Part shown: piece after piece, positions 27,389-40,766 of the stretch
Layout of the letters: each line of letters begins with the position of its first letter
How positions within the stretch are numbered: position 1 is the first letter of the stretch
Assembly (NCBI RefSeq): GCF_009914755.1
Contig: NC_060935.1
Direction: 5' to 3' (one strand)
Source of the DNA: the human T2T-CHM13v2.0 reference genome, Homo sapiens
Length of the DNA: 64,000 nt
Translations under genes and position numbers: made by a program
The notes under the pieces: generated by a model
What the model was told of the DNA's origin: nothing
Seen by the model: the letters and a program-made list of their open reading frames with translations, nothing else
Databases searched by the model: none

Positions 27389-28789
27389 CTAGAATTTGAA
27401 TAATTTCCTGATTGAAACATTTTAAACTGGAGAGTAAAGATTACCTTAGGATAGGGAACAAGATGAGAAACAGTTACTGTTGTTAGTAGACTGTTGCAAT
27501 AATCAGGTAACTAATGACAATTGCCTGCACAAGGGCAGAAGGTAGGGAGGCAGAGAAAATGAAATGTTACCAGAAATTCTAACTTGATGGTTAAGGATTA
27601 AACTAAAGTACATTCACATACATGCCAGCATCCTAAAGCCTAATACTTACACCCATTGCTGGTAGTCTTGTTTCTGCCCCATTATCTGGAGACCAGAATT
27701 CACCCACACACGTATGGAGGCTGGCAAACATCACAACCACCTCCAGGAGATGGTTTGCTGAGGGGCCAGTAAACTAGTGTTGTGGTTGCCTTGAGAGAAA
27801 TCTAGGGAGGTTCACAACAACTCCCACACTATAGTAGAAAGCTCTTCAAGAGAGGACAAACTCACTTTTCAGCAGAGAAACTTGACCTCATATGCCATTA
27901 AGGGTAGGTGAGTTTGTCCCACAAAATAATGCTGCTATGTGCCCTAATGAACCATCGTTTCTAGAAAAAAAAGAAAAAATGATTACTAAGAGCTGCACCC
28001 AAAGTAATGAGGCTAGAATCAAGCTCCCTCCCCCTTCATCAGCACTAGCATGACTGCTGGCATGTCGTACCCAAGTTGGGACTCAAGGTCACAACTTTTT
28101 GTATCCACTCAGAGCCACTGGCCCAAAGCACAAGTCTACTCACAAGAGAACCAAGCTGTGACTGCTCCAATGCTACCAGCTTCCTGGATCCAGAATCACC
28201 TAACAGCAGAAACTCAGCAAGAAAACCAAGATGTAGGGAGAAGATACAAGCGGCTGGAGAAGAGCAAAGCCTTAAAATGGAGATGAGAGAGGAGAAGGGA
28301 GGGATAAAGTTTTGAAGTAGGAGAAAACAAAAAGAACAAGTCCCCTGCTGAGAGCACAGGAGGGTGGAGTAAAAAGAGATTGAGAAGACAGCTACTAAAT
28401 GGCTTAAGTGGAGATTAACAGGATCTGCCAAACAACAGCAAGGACCTGGCTGAGAACAAACAGCATGAGTAGGAATGGGTCCAGTCAACAAGGTTGTGGG
28501 AATTTTCTAACAACTAGAGACACAGAATTTAGAAGAGTCAAACTATTTTTGGCTAATAAAGTGAAGCTGGATTGTAGAATCTCCCTTCCTAATTTTAAAA
28601 TCTATAAAATCTAACAAAGATAAAATTCACCAGCAGCAGCCTAATGGGCATTTCCTCATACCATAAACATTGAAAAGTAGCAGCCAAAACAATTCTCACT
28701 GCTATCAAATTTGTAGAGACATGGACTGCAGAGTCATCAACTTTCCCTCTAGCAAGTGGTAGAGGGTGAGGGGAGAAAGAATGAATGGT

Positions 28790-28915
28790 GGCCGGGCACG
28801 GTGGCTCACGCCTGAATCCCAACACTTTGGGAGGCCGAGACAGGAGGATTGCTTGAGCTCAGGAGTTTGTGACCAGCCTTTACAAAGATAGGGAGACCCC
28901 TTCTTTACAAAAAAT
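28790..28915 (+). mobile_element. Alu monomer (FLAM-like)
   Basis: ggccgggcacggtggctcacgcc... single arm. Confidence 0.85.
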
Positions 28916-28960
28916 AAACTTTTAAAAGTTTGTTTCTTGCAACAAACTGAACTAAGAAGT

Positions 28961-29221
28961 ATTAAAAACACTGTACGTTTATTTAAACCATTACTTTTCA
29001 TAATTCATTGAGTCTTATTAGAGGTCAACATCTTCATTCTGTTACCTTACTGGGTACATTCACTGATGTTACATAAAACTTCATGTAAAATTAAATAAGA
29101 ATTAAAAGTACAGCTAAGAACAGTGATGATCTGTATGAGAGGATTTACCATTGTGTACCCTAGTCCCTAATATGGTCATTTTTTGTTTCATGGGCCTCTC
29201 AACCTTAAATTCATTTTTATT
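28961..29221 (-). promoter_or_regulatory. BTG4: BTG4 proximal 3' UTR with poly(A) signals and CPE-like elements
   Basis: minus-strand AATAAA at 29221-29216 and 28983-28978; UUUUAAU at 29107-29101 and 28967-28961; UUUUAU at 29078-29073. Confidence 0.6.
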
Positions 29222-29279
29222 TTAGAGAGAATAAAGGCACTCCTCTGAGCTCTTGCCCACCACGTGCCCAGTCGCTGCG

Positions 29280-29492
<213 letters not shown>

Positions 29493-31357
29493 CTAGCTGT
29501 AAGGACTAAATATGAACCCATAATTCAAAAGTCAGGCACTTCAAAAGCATAGGGAGCACAAATGAATAGAATTGAAAGTGCATAACCATCTTTGAAAAAA
29601 ATTTCTAGCACTTGGCGGGAACATAAATCACTTTATACTGTACCTTTTTAAAAAGTTAATTAATTCAACTAAAAACTTTTTAATATGCTTATTCAAGTTT
29701 ATGTTTATTCTTGAATTGTCCCTCTTCCATCCCTACCTCACCACTGCCAACCCAATCCAAAACTGCATGTTCATGATCTCTGGGGCCACAGCCTAGAAAT
29801 CTTCATTTTAAACACCTAAGATGATGGATACAGATGTTTTACAGATCACACTTTGAAAAGACATTGCTGTAAAAGAATATAGCTGATTACAGGTCTGATC
29901 CCCAAATGGAAGAAGACCTTTCTAAAAATAAAAATAGAATTAAGGGCAAATACTGTAAATCCTCACTCAACAACCTCGATAGGTTATTGGAAACTAATTT
30001 TAAGCTAAATGACATATAGCAGGTCTTTGAATAACATAGTTTGGTTATAAGACTGAGGAAAAAAATGGCTTTGTCATACATCATTTTACTTAAAGTCACT
30101 GTTTCCAAGAAACTATCAATGACACACATAGTTTAAAAAACTAGGGACAAAACATTTGCCAGAAATATGTCAAGGGGTTAAAATCGTTCTGGCATATAAA
30201 GAACCTACAATAATACATTAGAACTTCAAATAATGAATGGCTGAATAAGAGAAAATTTGTAGGGCAGTAGGTGCTAAAACATTTGGGCACATGGAAAGTT
30301 TTAATGTTTAATTTCACTAATACTGTATTATATATGCATATCATGTTAATCAAATTATCTGTTTTTTAAATGAGAATAGCCAATTCTAGAAAAAAATGGC
30401 AAAGTTGGCACTTTTACATACAGCTGGTGAGACTACAAATAAATACAACTTTCTACATGGTGTTTCGGCTGCATATTAAAAACCAGTAAAATGTTCATAC
30501 TCTGCGACCCAGTAGTTCTGTGCTTGAGAATCAAATCTCAAGAAACAACCTAAAATTCAGGCATCACTATACGAGTTACCAGCTTTTAAAAAAATATTAC
30601 AACCATGTGGAAACAGCCTAGAATATCTGCCAATAATAAGTTACAAAGGAGGCAAATGAATATTAAAATTTTAATTGCTTTAACATTTAATACATAGGTG
30701 ATTAAGAGAACATACAAACAAATATATACATATAGTGTTAACAAATTCTCTCTAGATCAGTGTTTTTCAAATTGTGGGTCATGAAATCAATTTAGATACT
30801 TGAAATCAAATGAATTTAATTGGAAGTATTGGGAGCATTGGGAGCATTGCTCCTAGTAAAGATAAGCACTGTTTCATGAAACTTTTTAAATGTAAATATA
30901 CATATTTTGAATGGGTTATGGTTTAAAAAGAAGAAAAAAATAGCTGAGAAAAACTGCTCTAGTGGCAGAATTTATAGGCCTTTGACCTTTCCTATATCCA
31001 AATTTTCTATAAATGCCGTGGTATTTTCAATTGACAGAAAAAAAAAAATCCCACTAATCTTAATCTTTGATTCTGTAGGAATTTAAGTGGAAGGAAACCT
31101 GTGTATCTTCAAATACTGTATGAAGAAATAGGACAATAAAAGATTATGTGGATCCTAAAAGCTCAGCCAAGTGTAGGGAATACATTGTGCAGTGAAGGAG
31201 ACAGAAAAAGTTTTGCCAAAATATTAAGAGTCTGGCTTTTAAAAATCTACAGTTTTGTTCTTTCCATGTTTTTTTGCTTCTTTGTTTTCATAATGAGTGC
31301 ATTCTTTTTAGAATTAGATAGAAAAAAAGTATAGAAAAGAACTGGAACACTCTTGAC

Positions 31358-31556
31358 CTGATAAATACTCTTCGGATTGCTGACTTTAGGAATGACACGA
31401 GGTTCCTTGCTACAACTTTCTTCATCGCAGGAAGTGCCAGAGGAAACGTCTGATGAGGCTCTACTAACTGCATAACTGATTTGTTGATATAGTTCCCATT
31501 CCTCCCATCTGCCTTTAAAAGAAGCAACTGTAAATGGATGGTTTTTCTCACCATAC
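31358..31556 (-). CDS. BTG4: BTG4 exon 4 ((R)[13 protein letters not shown]...KSIYQ)
   Basis: AG/GT boundaries, 199 nt, phase-consistent with neighbouring exons. Confidence 0.95.
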
Positions 31557-32143
31557 CTAAGTAGGAAAAGAAATTTAAGTGCTAATTAGCGATTCAACTT
31601 TCTACAAGATCTCCAATCTTTCCTGGAGACAATATGCTAACTTATTTTAAAAGAAATTGCCTTAAAAAATTGAAGGACATTATGACCTTCACCTACTACA
31701 CTGTTATAAATTAGGATATTCTATAAGAGCTATTTTGGTTAATTGTTCAGAAAAAAACAAAGACTAGTTTCTTTTGATTCAGTTAATGAACTGAATTGTC
31801 CCATGGTAGATAACTCTCCTTCCTTTCTGATGTTGCCTATAACACTTATCTGTTATCAACCTACAGTTTGTAATAGATACTGTTACCAATCTATAGTTTG
31901 TAATAAGGTGCAGTGATTAAAGCCACATTTCAAATATTTTGCAAAATCATTGTGCTTTCCACCTCACCCACTTTGAATAGAAGTCTGCATTGTCTAACAG
32001 AAGTTTGCATCTAAAATCTTAACCAAGAAGTATCCCTGCTGCCAACTCAAGGCTTTGGGGCATCATCTTTCATGAAGGTATGTAAAGTTGTCTAACTTAA
32101 GGTTTCCAGGTATCACACAGCACACAAACTATGAGATTACTCA

Positions 32144-32326
<183 letters not shown>

Positions 32327-32749
32327 TTAGCAGGAGAATCACATTATGCACATACTGTTCCAATACACATAGCTCCCACCTCATCCCCTCAGCCTCCTTC
32401 CCCTCAGCCTCCTCCACCCTCCACTCTTACAAGTAAGACATCATCAACTTTTGATACAGTGGCTCAGAATGTATGTTGCATCACTAAGTCACAAAATTAG
32501 TTATCTTTCATGGCAAAGACAAGTTAGAAATTGTTTAATCTACCTCACATAAGTGGCTTTGCTCTGTTGTTTCCAGCCACAGTGTCATCTACTATGTCTC
32601 CTCCTTTCAATTCCACGTTCAAACAAATAAACTCGAGCCCATAAAACTTTTGTTACTTATATGCAGAAAACAAGATCACTCCATTTTCCTAGGAGCTGGC
32701 TGGTTGCTTGGTGATTGCTTCCCTTTGCCATCCCACATACTAGCTCTCA

Positions 32750-32926
<177 letters not shown>

Positions 32927-34007
32927 TCAAGAAAAATAGATAAGGAGGTCTGAATCATTAAAAGGAAGCAAGAAGAAATAGAAAGAAATGGTTTAACTTA
33001 TTATCAATATTTAACTGCCATTTGGAAATTTTACATACCTTAAAGTTAAAACTGAGAAAATCTGCTAGAAAGAAGTCCTTAGTAAACTAGGTAAGTACAT
33101 GAACACTATCAATCAACATAACAGCCAAGAACAGCAATTCCTCAAATAGCCCAGTTTTAAAGGTTTTCAAAGGAAAAAAAAAAGTCTTTTTAAAATTTTA
33201 AAGCACTTAAGTAATAAATGAAACATCACTACAACTTAAAAAAGATCCTGATATGGGACAGTAATTACCTCAAGCATCACTTTTTAAAGATATATTAACA
33301 AAGAGCAAAATATTTCAGGAGAGAGTAATTCCAAAATGTGGCTCCAAGTTGCATGCTTTAGGAATAATCAAACACATTATACTTGCCAACAAAAGCTCTT
33401 TAGCCCCTAAGAAAAGTGGGCGAGACTTAGAAGACCAACCGCACTATCCCTTATGTTTCCAACTCTCACCCACACCTGTTCGTGAGTTCGAGGCTGAAGT
33501 TTATATAAGCCTGGGCCCTAAAGGCTGATGGATGTTTCACCTTACACAGGTGCTGCCTATTGAAATGATCATACAGCTTTTTCATATGCCAATCTGGTCT
33601 CCATCCGATTGCTCCTTGGCATAAGTGGAGTGGGTTCTCTATTTGAAGTGTTTAAAATTTTCAAACTGGATCTATATTTTCTATTTTGCTATTATAATCT
33701 TATCTTTTATAACACAGAGTGAGAATCAAGTGTTCTCCTTCCATATCCTAATATCGTACATTCCAATGATGTCATCTCTAACTTAGCTGACAACATATTA
33801 AGGAATTTTGCCTTAGATTTCTTACAAAATTTGTTACGACAACTTTGAGCAGTCATTATGTTGACTACACATTTTTTACTAAAGTGTTTATTTGTAGGAT
33901 AAGTGGAAGAGATCTGAGTTTATCTAACCTCACCAGTTCTCAAAGGGCGGGTCAGTGACCATGTGATCTGGACTCACTGTGTTTCTTGTTAAAAATTCAG
34001 ATTCTTG

Positions 34008-34310
34008 GCCAGGCGCGGTGGCTCATGCCTATAATCCCAACACTTTGGAAGGCCGAGGCAGGTGGATCACCTGAGGTCAGGAGTTCGAGATCAGCCTGGC
34101 CAACATGGTGAAACCCCGTCTCTACTAAAAATACAAAAATTATCCAGGCATGGTGGCATGTACCTGTAGTCCCAGCTACTCAGGAGGCTGAGGCAGGACA
34201 ATCACTTGAACCCAGGAGGTGGAGGATGCAGTGAGCCAAGATCACACCACTGCACTCCAGACTGGGTGACAGAGCAAGACTCCGTCTCAAAAAAAAAAAA
34301 TAAAAATAAA
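34008..34310 (+). mobile_element. AluS inserted in a MER5-like element (~33930-34440)
   Basis: full Alu; TSD aaaaattcagattctt. Confidence 0.92.
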
Positions 34311-35234
34311 TTTAAAAATTCAGATTCTTGGACCTTATTTCAGATCTGCTGAAGCAACTCTTCTCAAGGTAAGGCCTGGCAATCAGTAGTTATCAAGTTC
34401 CCCCAGGTGATTCTAATACCCATTAAGCGTTAAGAAGCCACACCTGACATACGTTAAGTCTTTAACGCTCAGGATTAGTGATCATTCAGTTTCTTCATTA
34501 GTGAAAAGGAATTCACTGTCTTACAAGGAAGTCCATTTCATTTCTAAAAAGCTCCAAATAACAGCCAGACCTTCCTTTCTGTGTGGAGCCAAATCTACCT
34601 CTGATTTTCCTATATGTGCAGCCTAGTTTTTCCTTCTGGAACTACACCAATCGTGTCTAATGTTCCACCACATGATGACATTTCAAATACTAGCTACTCA
34701 GCCTCCCTCAGCTTTCTCTTTGTGGAGCCTAAATAGTCTCAGCTTTTTAAGAGTTTTTCCTACAGACACAGCTCACCATGCTGGGTACTCACATCACAAT
34801 GAGTGTCAGGTGTGTGAGTAATCCTCTTTTTTTTTTTCCAGCTTGCACACAATGCTCCAGGTGTGCTCCACCCCTAAAGACTAGCATGGGACTGTTGCTT
34901 CCCTCCCTCTGAATACTGTATTCCAGAACACAACCTCAGGTGGCTTTTACCTTGTTGGCAGTGGCATCACACCACAGACTCACATTGAATTTGCAAGTAC
35001 TCTTTTTCATTAATGCTATCATTTTGTCATATCTTTCCATTCCTGCACAATACAAAGTTTAAAAATATGGGCATTAAGATCGGATAGACCTGAGTGTGAA
35101 TTGCAACTTTAAGACTCACCATCTGTGTAACCTTGGGCAACTTAATTTTCTGCCTGTGAAATGGGAGGTACAATAGTGAACTCATAAGGTTGTAATTAAG
35201 ATTATACTAGATAACAGTAAAGCACTTGTTCTTG

Positions 35235-35535
35235 AGCTGGGCAGATGGCCTCATGCCTGAAATGCAAACACTTTGGTCCCAGGCGAAAGGATCACTTGAG
35301 GTCAGGAGTTTGAGGCCGGCCTGGGCAACTCAGTAAGACCCCTGTCTCTACAAAAATTTTAAAAGTCAGCTTGATGTGGCATGTACCTGTAGCCCTAGCT
35401 ACTCGAAAGGCTGAGGTGGGAAGATCACTTGAGCCCAGAAGTTTGAGGCTGCAGTAAGCTATGAGCTATGATTGTGTCACTGCACTCCAGCCTGGGCAAC
35501 AGAGCAAAGACCCTCTCTCAAAAAAATAAAAAAAA
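35235..35535 (+). mobile_element. Alu (AluJ-like)
   Basis: diverged Alu consensus. Confidence 0.85.
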
Positions 35536-35639
35536 CCTTTCACTAGTGAAGAACTGAGATGAAATACATATATTAGGTAGTGTGCTGGCTATTGTAATGT
35601 CTTTGATGCTTGAGAGGTATAAGAAATGTAAGTATAAGG

Positions 35640-35970
35640 ATTATCAAAGTTGGTTAAGGATACAAAAATAGATAGAAGAAATTAGTTATAGTATTCCAGT
35701 ACAGCAGAGAAAAGGATACAAAAATAGATAGAAGCAATTAGTTCTAGTTATTCTAGTACAGTAGACAAATTATAGGTAACAATTGTTGTATATTTCAAAA
35801 TAGCTAGAAGATTTGTAATGTTCTCAACACAAAGAAAAGATAAATGTTTGAGGTAATGGATATCCCAATTACCTTATTTGGTCATTATATATTGTACACA
35901 AGTATTAAAATATTACATGTACCCCCAAAGTACATACAACTATTATATATCAATTTTTAAAAATTGTTTA
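35640..35970 (+). mobile_element. L1MA-like 3' end fragment with an internal ~55-bp duplication
   Basis: caacacaaagaaaagataaatgtttgaggtaatggatatcccaattacc; aaggatacaaaaatagatagaag occurs twice. Confidence 0.7.
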
Positions 35971-36237
35971 AAAGGACTATGAAATGGGTGGCTGAGCATC
36001 TTGATATCTAAGAATATGATTTAAGATTTAATTAAGATTAATTTAATTCAATTTAGTAAATATTTAAACATCTACTATGTACCCAGAACATATTAAAATA
36101 AACAAACGTGAAAGTAGGACCTTAATAATCTTCCAAATCCATAGTATCTTGTTTGTTTCAGCTGTCCATGATGTAGTTGTCATTCCTCTTCCTCAGTGGC
36201 TGGGGTACCTAAACTGTTGCACTTTGGAATCACCTGA

Positions 36238-36522
<285 letters not shown>

Positions 36523-38734
36523 TAGATACCGCCTTAGCTGTGAAGAAGATTTTAAGCTTATTTTACACTTTTGATTGCTTAATAATGCCTTAAGTTTAAC
36601 AGATTATTAGGACAAATTTGCATCATTTATTCTCGTATTTTCTAGCCATTTGCTAGGGTAACTTTTGCAAAGATTATTTTTTAAAATTTATGTTACAAGG
36701 GACAAAGCTGAAAATTAGGGTAACTCCTTGTATACTGCTGAAATTTTGCTTCTGAACTAAAGGCAACAGATGCATTAACAAACACAAAATTTTTTTTCTT
36801 TTCAAATGGTCAGTTTGCATTTACAATAATAGAATGGTGCCAGGTGTTTTTATAATTCTTTCATTACTTCATCTTCCTGATGACAAACTGTTCCCTTGCA
36901 CTTTGAGTTGGTGAAGTACATTAATGAGGTTTTGAACCCTCTCCTAGCATTATTTTCTGCAACAGGCCCAGGCAGGCCTTGAAAGTTATGAATAGAACAG
37001 TAGAATAACAATGTACTTAGATTTCAGGAAAGAACAATCAAATAAAAAGTAAACATCATGCAAGGTTTCCTTCCGTTACTTGTTTATGACTTGAAACACC
37101 TTATTTAAATCACCTCCTTTACATTAATGACAACTACACCTTCTGTTTTAATTAACACTCACTTAGTGACTATTTACTGACCACCTACTTCACAGACACT
37201 AAGTATTAGTGGGGCTGGGGGTAAAAACAAAATTCAACTTTCCTTTCAAGAGGCTTATCATCTAGAGAGGGAAACCAAATACATACACAAGTGACTACTT
37301 GGATGTAAAGTTTGGGAAATGAAATACTCAAAATTTACCCCAAGTTTCAAACACTTGTAACCAACAGATTAATGTTATCATTGAAAGAATGAAGTTCAGT
37401 GGAAGAGTCGGTATAAAACAAATGGTGATTCATTCAGATTGAGGTATACTGAGCTTTCAATGGCAATTAAATACCCAAGTAGTAATGTCCACTGACAAGA
37501 TGTCAGAATTTAGCAGAAAGACCAACCTGGTCTGGCCTAAGCCAATCCCAGAGCTAAGTAGAAGAGAAAATTACTGCTGAAATTTGAACAACTCTCCCAC
37601 TATCCTTGTGTCATGTCTAAAATTCTCATTATAAGACATTTGTTCCCTTGCTTAAAACCTTGTCTTTCAAGGATATCTTTTTGAAAATGTCCAGTGAACT
37701 ATCCATAGTAGAGCAACAGGATGGTGTTCTGTTTGGGTGAGGGGATTATGTCTGGGCGAAGAACCACAGAAAACAAGAAATAAGAGGTTCTGGCCATTTG
37801 GAGTGAGGATGAAGAACAGAAAGGCAGTGAAGCAACATACACATATTTTATTTCCTATTATGCCTGTAACAGAGAATCAAATGGTATAAAACATGAATAT
37901 GACTGACATGACCTTGTACAAGTAATAGTTTCTAGAATTGCATTCTTCATTTTAAAATTAGGAAATTCAACTTGATGGCTAAGGAATAGTCAAGCCCCAA
38001 AGTTCATCGATGAAGGTAAAACTCGAAAATCTGGTTCTACATTTGTCTTCTTGGTTTTTGCTAAACTTCACTTATAAAATGAAAATAGTTATGCTTATAA
38101 AAGTTTTAAAATAGACAAAGTAATTTTAAAATATCATCTGAATTGAATGTTAAATTTGCTGGACTTGTGATGTAATAACCAGTCTTATCATAACCCCATT
38201 TCATTTCTTTAGCTTCCCTCCCTAAACTACAAGTTATATCCGTAGTCTCACCCCTCCATTCACAAATACATGTTATTGCTAAAGAGGGGAAAGGTATAGA
38301 TGTTTTAGCAAAAGTCCACTTCTGACAGAAAGTATTTTTTTAACAACAGCAAGCAAGTAGCACTATTTTATAAAATAATGAACTGATTCTGTAACCCACA
38401 CATAAACTCAGTTCCATTATGGTCAAGCCACATAAAAGGAAGTTACATTAATTGCTGAAACAAAATTGCATTTCCCAAAACATTATCTAATAAAATTCTA
38501 CAGCCATACAATGTTGATTTGAACTCAAAAGAAATTAATTTTAGTGCAGCCTAATCAAAATAAAATTCCTTTACCAATAATACTAAGCAAGTGTTTTATC
38601 CGCCACAAGCTTCTTCCTAATTTGTATTTTCTATCTGCATTACTGAGCATTCACAATGTAAGTGGCATTGTTTGAAAGACCACAAAAAATACATACATTT
38701 ATATAACGTTTCAAGTTAGAAACCAAGATAACTC

Positions 38735-40766
38735 CTATTCAACATAGTACTGGAAGTCCTGGCCAGAGCTATCAGGCAAGAGAAAAAAATAAAAGGCATC
38801 TGAATTGGAAAAGTAGAAGTCAAATTATCTCTGTTCACTGACAATATGATTGTATACCTAGAAAACCCTAAAGACTCCTCTAGAAGACTCCTTGGCCTGA
38901 TTAACAACTTCAGTAAAGTCTCAGGATACAAAATCAATGTACAAAAATCAGTAGCATTTCTATAAACAGTAACATTGAAGCTGAGAACCAAATTAAGAAT
39001 CCAATCCCACTTAGGATAGCCACGAAAAAGACCAAAATACTTCAGAACACATTTAACCAAGGAGGTGAAAGATCTCTACAAGGAGAACTACAAAACACTG
39101 ATGAAAGAAATTGTAGATGACACAAATAAATGGAAAAACATTCCATGCTATGAATTGGAAGAATTAATATGGTTAAAATAACCATATTACCCAAGCAATC
39201 TACAGATTCAATGCAATCCCTATCCAATTACCAGCCTTGTTTTTCACAGAATTAGGAAAAACAGTCCTAAAGTTCATAGGGAACCAAAAAAAGCCCAAAT
39301 AGCCAAGGAACTCCCAAGCAAAAAGAACAGAGTCAGAGGCATTATATTGCCTGACTTCAAATTATACTACAAGGCTATAGTAACTAAAATCGCATGGTAC
39401 TAGTACAAAAATAAACCCAGAGATTAATGGTACAGTATGGGGTTCTCTAACCTAGAAATAAAGCTACATATATACAACCAATTGATCTTCGATTAAAGTC
39501 AACAGAAATAAACAATGGGAAATAGACACCCTATTCAATAAATGATGCTGGAAAAACTGGCTAGCCATATGCAGAAGACTGAAACTAATTCCCCATCTCT
39601 TAACATATACAAAATTAACTATAGATGGATTAAAGACCTAAATGTAAAACTATCAAAACTGAAACTATAAAAATCCTAAAAGAAAACCTAGGAAAACTCC
39701 TTATGGACATCGGCTTAGGCAAATAATTTATGATGAAGATTCCAAACACAAACGCAATAAAAAACGAAGATAGAGAAATAGGACATAAACTAAAAGTTTC
39801 TGCACAGCAAAACAAATAATCAATAGGATAAAAAGACAACTCACAGAATGGGAGAAAATATTTACAAATTATACCTCCAACAAAGAATTAGTATTCAGAA
39901 TCTACAAGAAATTCAAACAACTCAACAAACATAAAACAAACCAATTGAAAATGGGGCAAAGAACATGAACAGACATTTCTCAGAAGAAGAAATACAAACA
40001 GCTAACAAACATATGAAAAAATGCTCAACATCACTAATCATCAGAGAAATGCAAATTAAAACCACATTGAGATACCATCTCACTCCAGTCAGAATGGCTT
40101 TTATTAAAAAGTCAAAAAACAACAGATATTGGTGTGTATGCAGAGAAAAGGGAATACTCACACACTGTTGGTGGGAATGTAAATTAATTCAACCTCTATG
40201 GAAAACGGTATAGCGATATCTCAAATAACTAAAAATAGAACTATCATTCGACCCAGCAATCCCACTACTGGGTATCTACCCAAAGGAAAAGAAATCATTA
40301 TATCAAAAAGTTACTTGTACTTGTGTGTTTATTGCAGCACCATTTACAATTAGAGCAAAGTCATGGAATCCACCTACATGTCTGCCAACTGTTGACTGGA
40401 TAAAGAAAATATGGTGTATATATACACAATGGAATACTACACAATCATAAAAGAAGAATGAAATCATGTCCTTTGCAGCAACATGGATGGAGCTGGAGGC
40501 CATTACCCAAAGTCAACTAACCCAGAAGCAGAAAATAAAATATTACGTATTCTCACTTGTAAGTGGGAGCTAAAGAAATGGTACATGTGGAAATGAAAAT
40601 AGAGAAAATAGACTCTGGGGACTCCAAAGGTGGGTGGGGAGGGTTGAAAAATTACCTACTGGATACAATGCCTAATACTGGGGTGATAAGTACAGCAGAA
40701 GCCCAACACGCAACATTATGCATGTAATACCCATGTAACAAACAAGAATATGTACCCCTTAAAAAA
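38735..40766 (+). mobile_element. 5'-truncated L1 (L1PB-like) in BTG4 intron 1
   Basis: ORF2 C-terminal remnants ([11 protein letters not shown]...CWWECKL); perfect 17-bp TSD agaaaccaagataactc at 38718-38734 and 40767-40783. Confidence 0.92.

Noticed and set aside
28043-28614. Plus-strand ORF cluster after a pyrimidine tract and AG, as a possible further exon of the hidden gene
   Set aside because: Phase-0 splicing gives His-stop at once, there is no convincing donor or recognisable motif, and it lies 20 kb from exon E
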